From a virus, in the IMG/VR virus record IMGVR_UViG_3300045988_176431, positions 190,366 to 254,365 of that record: a stretch of 64,000 nt of DNA; one strand, 5' to 3'. This document shows positions 1 through 6,805 of this stretch, piece by piece. Each line of letters opens with the position of its first letter. Positions within the stretch are counted from its first letter, which is position 1. Below the pieces are notes generated by a model, which made no database searches, was not told the origin of the DNA, and saw only the letters and a program-made list of their open reading frames with translations. The position numbers and the translations under genes are program-made.

Positions 1-1
1 A

Positions 2-487
2 TCTAATTATGATAATGCATATGCACATTCAACAAGTGCTCATGCACCATCAAATGCTGAAAGAAATGTAATATTAGGTATTCAAAAGAATGGGATTGAT
101 ATAACTCCGAATACAAGTACGCGAAAGGTAAATATTACAGTTCCCAAAAAAATAAGTGAATTATCAAATGATTCTGGTTATATAAGCAAGCACCCATCTG
201 TAGAAACAGAGCCAGATACATCATCAAGCAAATCAATCAATATAAAAACTGGAGATTCATTTGATGTAGTTGATTCAGTAACAAGAGATTCAAATGGTCA
301 TGTAACAAAGATAAATGTAAAAACAGTTACTGTACCAAAACATGATAACTCAGGTGGAGGTGTTGTTAGAAGTAAAACAGCTCCAAAGGATACAACAGTA
401 TTATGGATTGATATTAGCAGTACAAACGAAATTCCTAAATATTATAATGGAACAGTTTGGATTACATTACCAGCAGTATGGGGGTGA
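2..487 (+). CDS. tail-fibre-like protein, C-terminal fragment (5' end outside window)
   Basis: Frame 2 is open from the window edge to TGA 485-487 (161 codons). The translation (..AYAHSTSAHAPSNAERN..ISELSNDSGYI..SNGHVTKINVKTVTV..WITLPAVWG) resembles fibre/receptor-binding proteins. The next gene starts 7 nt downstream. Confidence 0.55.
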   Translation, partial: SNYDNAYAHSTSAHAPSNAERNVILGIQKNGIDITPNTSTRKVNITVPKKISELSNDSGYISKHPSVETEPDTSSSKSINIKTGDSFDVVDSVTRDSNGHVTKINVKTVTVPKHDNSGGGVVRSKTAPKDTTVLWIDISSTNEIPKYYNGTVWITLPAVWG

Positions 488-493
488 TAAAAA

Positions 494-1996
494 ATGTTGA
501 CAGCAAATGAATTAATTGAATTAAAAAAACTGATTGATGCACAGATAAAGAGACGATGTGGATATGGACCAATGCAAGAAGTTGGTGATTTCGAAGAAAC
601 ACCAAAAGCAGGTGGAATTATAAAAGCAGAACAAGGAGAAAAAATTATTTCTCCCATTCTTGAAGTAGAAGATGTATCGGGATTAACTTTAACAATAGAT
701 TCGTATCATACCTCTACAACAAATTTAAAAGCTCATATCGAAGTGGGAACTCCAATTCCTAAAAATTTTAATAAAAATTTATTTGATATTGTACATAAGC
801 TATCAGAAGAAACGATGCAAAATCAAGCATCATGTTGTCGTGGTGCGTGTACAGGACTTTGCTATGGTACATGCTCATCGTTTTGTAGTGGGTGTTCTGG
901 TAGTTGCGGTACAGGTTGTGGGTCAAATTGTACAAAAACGTGTGGAAATAGTTGTGGAAACTGTACAAGATCATGTACGGCAACTTGTGGAGGAAGTTGT
1001 TTTGCTTCATGTGGTGCTGATTGTACTGGAGGATGTACTGGATCATGTTCTGCAGGTTGTGATGGATGTTCTGGTAGTTGTGGTACTGCATGTACATCCG
1101 GATGTACAGGATGCTCTGGATGTTCTAATGGTTGTACTGGTAGTTGTGAAAATGGCTGTGAGTTTGGTTGTATACATGGATGTAAAGGCTGTACTGGCAC
1201 TTGTGGAAATAGTTGTAGTGGTTGTCAAGGATGTACTACTGGTTGTTCTGGAGGATGTTCAGGATGTAAGGCATCATGTGGTTCTGAATGTGCAGCATCA
1301 TGTGGAAATAAATGTACTGGATGTGGTGACAGTTGTCACAGTGATTGTGGTGGATCATGTTCAAATTCCTGCTCAAATTTCTGTGCTAACGGATGTAATA
1401 CTTGTTCATCTGGTTGCACAGGTGGATGTACTGGGCATTGTTATGGATGTACAGGTACTTGTGGTAATACTTGTGGTGGAGGATGCGGCTCTACATGTTC
1501 AAGCAGTTGCATTGGTTGTTCTGGATGCGGTGGAACATGTTCTTCTAGTTGTGGTGGATGTACTACGACGTGTGACCATAGTTGTTCGGGATGTTCTGCA
1601 AGTTGTGGTGGATGTGACGGTGATTGTGCGAATTCATGTGCAGGTTGTTTTGGTTGTTCTACAAGTTGTAATGGATGTAGTTCATCTTGTTCTACAAGTT
1701 GTAATGGATGTTCAAAAACATGTGGCGGATGTTCAAGTTGTTCTGGATGTTCTACAAGTTGTGGTAATGCGTGTACATCTGGATGTGCTGGATGTTCTGG
1801 ATGTAGTTCATGTACTGCTGGTTGTTCAGATTCATGTAATGGATGTGTTGGTTGTTCAATATCATGTGGAAATGGATGTTCTGGATGTAGTTCAAATTGT
1901 CAAGGAGTATGCAAAAACTCATGCTTTAGTACATGTACATCAACATGTTTCGGAAATTGTACAGGATCATGTTATGGTTCTCTAACATCGATATAA
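494..1996 (+). CDS. cysteine-repeat (CxxxC/CxxC) protein, putative substrate of the downstream radical SAM/SPASM maturase
   Basis: ATG 494 follows GGGGGTGA. The protein is 500 aa. Residues 1-113 are ordinary sequence. Residues 114-493 hold about 104 Cys (hand count) spaced only as CxxxC or CxxC, with G/S/T/N/A/D fillers and no Pro, Trp or Met. Cys codons are almost all TGT. Confidence 0.8.
   Translation: MLTANELIELKKLIDAQIKRRCGYGPMQEVGDFEETPKAGGIIKAEQGEKIISPILEVEDVSGLTLTIDSYHTSTTNLKAHIEVGTPIPKNFNKNLFDIVHKLSEETMQNQASCCRGACTGLCYGTCSSFCSGCSGSCGTGCGSNCTKTCGNSCGNCTRSCTATCGGSCFASCGADCTGGCTGSCSAGCDGCSGSCGTACTSGCTGCSGCSNGCTGSCENGCEFGCIHGCKGCTGTCGNSCSGCQGCTTGCSGGCSGCKASCGSECAASCGNKCTGCGDSCHSDCGGSCSNSCSNFCANGCNTCSSGCTGGCTGHCYGCTGTCGNTCGGGCGSTCSSSCIGCSGCGGTCSSSCGGCTTTCDHSCSGCSASCGGCDGDCANSCAGCFGCSTSCNGCSSSCSTSCNGCSKTCGGCSSCSGCSTSCGNACTSGCAGCSGCSSCTAGCSDSCNGCVGCSISCGNGCSGCSSNCQGVCKNSCFSTCTSTCFGNCTGSCYGSLTSI
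1655..1711 (+). repeat. exact 24-nt direct repeat at 33-nt period inside the Cys-repeat gene
   Basis: tgttctacaagttgtaatggatgt occurs at 1655-1678 and again at 1688-1711 (CSTSCNGC twice). A third, diverged copy starts near 1749. Confidence 0.9.
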
Positions 1997-2030
1997 CAAA
2001 AAAATAACAAAATATAAAGGAGTGAAAAAA

Positions 2031-2318
2031 ATGAATATATTAAGATGTAAAAATGGTTCTTTTAAAATTGAAAATGTGCGTGAATATATTAATTTTCAAA
2101 ATGGAACACCGAAAAGATACATTGATATTCAATCAACAAATAGTATCACTTCATTCGATGAAGTAGCTGATGTATTGACAAAAGATACCGTAAAGGAATT
2201 TGAAATTCTCTCAGAATCTGGTGTAATATTAGATACAATTAAAAATGTAAAATTAACAAATATTAATAAAGACATTTCAAATTCAGTTTCTATTGTTATT
2301 AACTTCGAAAAAGAGTAA
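2031..2318 (+). CDS. hypothetical small protein (fibre-module associated)
   Basis: The ORF track starts at GTG 2022, but AAGGAG at 2018-2023 plus 7 nt favours ATG 2031 (MNILRCKNG..). There is no recognisable motif. It ends ..INFEKE, like the next ORF (..IFFNKEV). Confidence 0.5.
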   Translation: MNILRCKNGSFKIENVREYINFQNGTPKRYIDIQSTNSITSFDEVADVLTKDTVKEFEILSESGVILDTIKNVKLTNINKDISNSVSIVINFEKE

Positions 2319-2333
2319 AGGAGTTGATTCTTC

Positions 2334-2639
2334 ATGATAACTATTAAATTTGATAATGGTATACGGATTAATCCTGATTCGTATGGTTATCTAAAGAATA
2401 AAATGGTAAAATTACTCTTTTATAAAGATTATAATGAAGAAGACTTGATACGGAAAATAGGATATGCGAAAGACCAAAAATTTACTTTAATTATTGATTT
2501 ACCTGGAAGAGAAAAAGAAATTCGTTGTGTTAATTTCCATTTCTCTTCCATGATAAAACATATAAAAGGAAGTAATGGAAAAGAAATATCAGATGATTCT
2601 GTACAATATCTTGAAATTTTTTTTAACAAGGAGGTGTAA
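2334..2639 (+). CDS. hypothetical small protein (fibre-module associated)
   Basis: ATG 2334 is preceded by AAGGAG (2320-2325). 101 aa, tightly packed between neighbouring genes. Confidence 0.5.
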   Translation: MITIKFDNGIRINPDSYGYLKNKMVKLLFYKDYNEEDLIRKIGYAKDQKFTLIIDLPGREKEIRCVNFHFSSMIKHIKGSNGKEISDDSVQYLEIFFNKEV

Positions 2640-2642
2640 AAT

Positions 2643-4136
2643 TTGTCTTTTTTTAATGATAAATTTTTAACCGAAGTAAGTAATTACGAATATCAAAAGA
2701 GTTATGAAAAAAAATCACTTGTATTATATAATAATCATATTTATATTGCAAAAAAAGATACAAATGAAAAAATTGTTCCTGAAACAACAACTGATGATTG
2801 GGAATATATTAGTTACGACGATTGTATTAATATCATTGCCAATATTGGCTCTTTTACAGGTGATTCTTATTTAGGTACAAAAAAATATCCATTTATGGGA
2901 ACCATATTACAAAATTCTATTCAGATTTTACAAAAGAATAAAGTAAATCGACCAGGATATTTTTCTAATATTAAATTTGGAAAAGATATCGTAGATGATA
3001 ATAATGCAACGAATTTTGGTGTTTTATATGACATTGATAATGAAAATCCAAAGTTAATTGCTATGACAAATGCATTAAATGAAGTAGATTTGGGAACTGG
3101 ACAATTTTGTTTTAATAATATTTATTCTAGTTCACCAACTATTACTATTTCAGATGACGATAAAATAGCATCTACAAAAGATATCAATACAAATGATTAT
3201 ACAAATTTCTTTATGAGTTTAACACCAAAAGGTTATATTCTCACAAATGAAAATGGAACAAGTGGTAGAATGCATATTGGTTTTGCTGCTACTGATGTAG
3301 AAAAAGCATTAAAAGAAAACAATCTTTCACCTGATGATTTTGCACCACTTGTAAAAATCCCTGTATTAAAAAAAGATTTATATGTAGACCATTCAATTAA
3401 TGATTTGATGTTAAAACGTTTTCATTATGAAGATGGTGAAGAAGTTTCTGATGAGGATGAAAATGAACATGAAACAGGTGAAAGTTTAATACGTTATATT
3501 AAATTACCGATTTATCGAAAGAATATTGGATATTTTGTATTTAAAAATTATCCAATTGATCCAAATACAGAAACAAATGATGATGCAACAATCATTGTAA
3601 AAGAATTAGAATTAATTCCATTTGATAAAAACAAAAAATCATTAAAGATTAACTTTAACAAAGCTCGATTAAAAGAGAACTATAATGATGAATTTGAATG
3701 TCGTAGTAATATGGAAGTATTAGAAGATGGGTCATTAAAGATTACTTTTACAGGTGATAAACTTTCAGATCCATTTGCTTATATTACAGCAAGAGTATCT
3801 TTAAATGATATCAATGCAGAGAAAGCATATGATTTATCAAAATATGAATATCTTAAAATCGTAAGTGATTATAAGAGACCATACTTAATTGGTTTTGATG
3901 AATTTCAATCAAGTGAAGAAAATACAGCATATCATCCATATCAAACGAATGAATTTGGAGATTTCTACTGTTATTCACAAGATGACCAATATAGTGTAGA
4001 AAGTTATATCTATGCTCTTAGATATGATGAATTCATCGCTTTAAATACTATGATGATTCAAAATCAACAAAAACAAATTAATGAATTAAAAACTGAAATA
4101 TTGAATATCATATCAAAAATAAAAAATATTAAATAA
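2643..4136 (+). CDS. fibre-like protein with split peptidase-S74-type intramolecular chaperone domain
   Basis: TTG 2643 lies 5 nt after AAGGAGGTG, and the first in-frame ATG is 85 codons in. The TITISDDDKIASTKDI..RMHIGFAATDVEKAL..DFAPL block and the C-terminal YALRYDEFIALNTMMIQNQQKQINELK coiled coil match my memory of the S74 autoprocessing chaperone (..hlGfiAQeve.. / ..Y..l.alli.aiqeL..). About 230 aa are inserted between the two blocks. Confidence 0.5.
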   Translation: MSFFNDKFLTEVSNYEYQKSYEKKSLVLYNNHIYIAKKDTNEKIVPETTTDDWEYISYDDCINIIANIGSFTGDSYLGTKKYPFMGTILQNSIQILQKNKVNRPGYFSNIKFGKDIVDDNNATNFGVLYDIDNENPKLIAMTNALNEVDLGTGQFCFNNIYSSSPTITISDDDKIASTKDINTNDYTNFFMSLTPKGYILTNENGTSGRMHIGFAATDVEKALKENNLSPDDFAPLVKIPVLKKDLYVDHSINDLMLKRFHYEDGEEVSDEDENEHETGESLIRYIKLPIYRKNIGYFVFKNYPIDPNTETNDDATIIVKELELIPFDKNKKSLKINFNKARLKENYNDEFECRSNMEVLEDGSLKITFTGDKLSDPFAYITARVSLNDINAEKAYDLSKYEYLKIVSDYKRPYLIGFDEFQSSEENTAYHPYQTNEFGDFYCYSQDDQYSVESYIYALRYDEFIALNTMMIQNQQKQINELKTEILNIISKIKNIK

Positions 4137-4151
4137 TGGAGGAAATGAATT

Positions 4152-4487
4152 ATGACAAAAAAATTTAAAATTGAAATTACACAGGAAGCAATTGATTATG
4201 TACAGAGAATTGGATATGAGGTAGATGGTTTTACTCATATTATTAATTCCTTATTTGAACAGCATAAGAATGATATCGATGATTCTGTAATTAAAAGTGT
4301 GCCTTTCCAGACTTACCAAAAGAAATTCTTTAAGGTAAAAGCTGAATATGAATTAGCAAAACAGGCACTTGAGAAGGAATTGAAAAAGAAAGTAATTGAG
4401 AAAACGGGAATTGAAGATCCTAAATTCTCATGGAATATTCCTGACTTCCAAGAATTAATTGTAGATATTGAAGTTGAGGAGGACTAA
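4152..4487 (+). CDS. small acidic companion protein of the radical SAM maturase (possible CXXX-repeat modification-system protein)
   Basis: ATG 4152 follows TGGAGGAAA. 111 aa, helical and acidic (..DIEVEED). Its last codons contain the RBS (GAGGAGGA) of the maturase, which starts 3 nt after its stop. Confidence 0.45.
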   Translation: MTKKFKIEITQEAIDYVQRIGYEVDGFTHIINSLFEQHKNDIDDSVIKSVPFQTYQKKFFKVKAEYELAKQALEKELKKKVIEKTGIEDPKFSWNIPDFQELIVDIEVEED

Positions 4488-4490
4488 AAA

Positions 4491-5825
4491 ATGAATGGTA
4501 GAGTTCGTAAATTTGAGCAATGGCAAGACATGCTTGGAAGACTCTATCCAGAATTTAGAAAAAATAGTGACGGTTCAGATAAAGTATTATCTCGAACCGT
4601 CACTTTTCAGGTGACGGATAGATGTTCTCTCGCTTGTACTTATTGCTATCAGATTAATAAAAAAACAAGAGTTATGAAATTTGAGTATGCTAAAAAATTA
4701 ATTGATGCTTTATTAGAAGGAGATGAAAAATTCTCTGACTATGTAAACGTTGATACCTCGCCAGGAATCATTATCGAATTTATCGGTGGTGAACCTTTAT
4801 TAGAGCCAGAATTAATCGAACAAATCTGTGATTATTTCGAAAAAAGAGCAATCGAGTTAATGCATCCTTGGGCATTACATCATGAATTTTCAATTTGTTC
4901 AAATGGCGTTGCTTACTTTGAACCAACGGTACAACATCTTTTAAATAAATATCGTCATAAACTTTCTTTTTCTGTTACAATTGATGGAAACAAAGAACTT
5001 CATGATTCTTGTCGAGTATTTCCAGATGGTGTAACAGGAAGTTATGATTTAGCAGTTGCTGCAGCACAAGATTGGATTAATCACGGTGGTTATATGGGTA
5101 GTAAAATAACAATTGCACCTGGAAACATTAAATATATTTATGATGCAATCACTCATATGGTCGAATTAGGATATCAAGAAATCAATGCAAATACAGTATA
5201 CGAAAAAGGATGGACAATTGAACATGCTAAAATCTTTTATCAAGAATTAAAAAGAATTGCTGATTATTGGATTGATCATAATATTGTTGAATCTCATTTT
5301 TTGGCATTATTTAGTGAAAATTTCTTTAAACCAAAAGATGAAAAAGATTTAGATAACTGGTGTGGTGGTAATGCTTTAATGTTATCAATGGATCCAGATG
5401 GGTATCTATATCCATGTATTCGTTATATGGAATCATCATTGGGAGATGAAAGAGAACCATATCGAATTGGTCATGTTAATGTTGGAATTGCACAAGATGA
5501 ATGTACTCATAATTGTGTAGAGTGTCTAAGAAAAATAACAAGAAAAACACAATCAACAGATGAATGTTTTTATTGTCCAATTGCAGAGGGTTGTAGTTGG
5601 TGCACGGCTTACAATTATCAAGAAACTGGTACTCCAGATAAAAGAGTTACCTATATTTGTGATATGCATAAAGCAAGAGCATTAGCAAATGTTTACTTCT
5701 GGAATAAATGGTATATAAAAACAAAACAAAATAAAGTATTTAAAAATCATGTACCAGATGATTGGGCTCTTACAATTATTGATAAGGATGAATTAGATTA
5801 CTTGAAGAGTTTAGAAAAACGATAA
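4491..5825 (+). CDS. radical SAM / SPASM-domain peptide maturase
   Basis: Motifs seen: CSLACTYCY (Cx3Cx2C), FIGGEPLL, and a C-terminal auxiliary-cluster Cys set (WCGGNALMLSMDPDGYLYPC, CTHNCVEC, CFYCPIAEGCSWC, YIC). No sulfatase-type partner or CxPxR target is nearby. Confidence 0.8.
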   Translation: MNGRVRKFEQWQDMLGRLYPEFRKNSDGSDKVLSRTVTFQVTDRCSLACTYCYQINKKTRVMKFEYAKKLIDALLEGDEKFSDYVNVDTSPGIIIEFIGGEPLLEPELIEQICDYFEKRAIELMHPWALHHEFSICSNGVAYFEPTVQHLLNKYRHKLSFSVTIDGNKELHDSCRVFPDGVTGSYDLAVAAAQDWINHGGYMGSKITIAPGNIKYIYDAITHMVELGYQEINANTVYEKGWTIEHAKIFYQELKRIADYWIDHNIVESHFLALFSENFFKPKDEKDLDNWCGGNALMLSMDPDGYLYPCIRYMESSLGDEREPYRIGHVNVGIAQDECTHNCVECLRKITRKTQSTDECFYCPIAEGCSWCTAYNYQETGTPDKRVTYICDMHKARALANVYFWNKWYIKTKQNKVFKNHVPDDWALTIIDKDELDYLKSLEKR

Positions 5826-5830
5826 AAAAT

Positions 5831-5862
5831 ATGAGAGATAAGGAAATTTCCTTATCTCTCAT
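5831..5862. terminator. bidirectional rho-independent terminator
   Basis: Perfect 16+16 palindrome atgagagataaggaaa/tttccttatctctcat between the convergent maturase (+) and endolysin (-) genes. It is flanked by an A run and a T run. Confidence 0.85.
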
Positions 5863-5870
5863 ATTGCTTT

Positions 5871-6764
5871 TTACCATTTAATATTTTTTGTAGCAACCCA
5901 TTTACCGGTTCCAATATTAGTCCAATATTTTCTCTTACATACAATACTTACAGTATCACCTGCTTTGAGTTTACCGATTTTTTTCGATACTTTCTTATTT
6001 GTTTTACGAATATAACTATTCTTTTTTAATTTCTTCGTTGGATATTTACTAAGTCCAATTGTATTAAGGGCTGTATTTTTCATATATCCAGTTTTACCCT
6101 TATAATATACTTTAGACCATCCATCTTTCATATCTTTTAAGATATTCACATAGATTCCTTTATCTAATTTTGCAATAACACCCTTCTTAACATCCTGAGT
6201 TTTGTAAATCTTACAAACTACTTTTGTTTTAGAAGAACGTGTTTTGCCTTTCCCTTTAACGTTTGCCCCATTATAATCTACGCCATCAATTTTACCATAA
6301 TATGTAAAATCTTTTGCTCTCTCTTCCCATGTGGAGATTGTGCAATCTTTTGCTGTAGAACGTGCTTCATAGATATATGCTTTTCCTTCATCATTCACAT
6401 GAATCAAAGCAATATGTCCTTGATACCAGATTCCCATTCCATCTACAACATGACTATCATTACTCACTTTATGGCATACTTTAAAACTATCTTTAATACC
6501 AGTAGAACCACCGTGGTTTGTTCCAGTTGCTTTACCAACAAACCCAGAACAATCAATACCGATTTTTCCTACTTTATTCATAGCCATTGATTTAATAGAT
6601 CTTGTAAATACAGAAGGGTACATTCTAGCAAGATTCGAAACACCTGCTTTAGTTACTTTCGTTCCTTTGTATCCATACACATATACATATCCATCTTTAA
6701 TCATTCTTCTTGCATTCTTGCAAGCATCTGATGCTTTAACAGACATATAGACACTTCCTTTCAT
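5871..6764 (-). CDS. endolysin: NlpC/P60 cysteine peptidase + two SH3b-like domains
   Basis: GIDCSGFVGK (catalytic Cys) and QGHIALIH (His) match NlpC/P60. The C-terminal half has two SH3b-like repeats (GVIAKLDKGIYVNIL..GWSKVYYKGKTGYM; IGKLKAGDTVSIV..WTNIGTGKWV). The likely true start is the second ATG (6746), which follows AAAGGAAG. Confidence 0.75.
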   Translation of the reverse strand: MKGSVYMSVKASDACKNARRMIKDGYVYVYGYKGTKVTKAGVSNLARMYPSVFTRSIKSMAMNKVGKIGIDCSGFVGKATGTNHGGSTGIKDSFKVCHKVSNDSHVVDGMGIWYQGHIALIHVNDEGKAYIYEARSTAKDCTISTWEERAKDFTYYGKIDGVDYNGANVKGKGKTRSSKTKVVCKIYKTQDVKKGVIAKLDKGIYVNILKDMKDGWSKVYYKGKTGYMKNTALNTIGLSKYPTKKLKKNSYIRKTNKKVSKKIGKLKAGDTVSIVCKRKYWTNIGTGKWVATKNIKW

Positions 6765-6805
6765 TTATTTTTTATTTTCTCTTAATTATATGTCTAAAAA
6801 ATAGT

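Noticed and set aside
833-1972. Periodic short repeats considered as a CRISPR-like array. The window was also scanned for CRISPR arrays generally.
   Set aside because: The period is 9-12 nt within a continuous ORF, with no repeat-spacer organisation. I saw no CRISPR array anywhere in the window.
768-1985. Long ORFs in other frames and on the opposite strand across the Cys-repeat gene (783-1985 +, 768-1097 -, 862-1200 -, 1043-1228 -).
   Set aside because: They are frame shadows of the periodic tgt/ggt/tct repeat. Their products are low-complexity (V/D/L/H/Q-rich or P/H/Q-rich), they have no RBS, and they are fully nested in a gene with a good start context.
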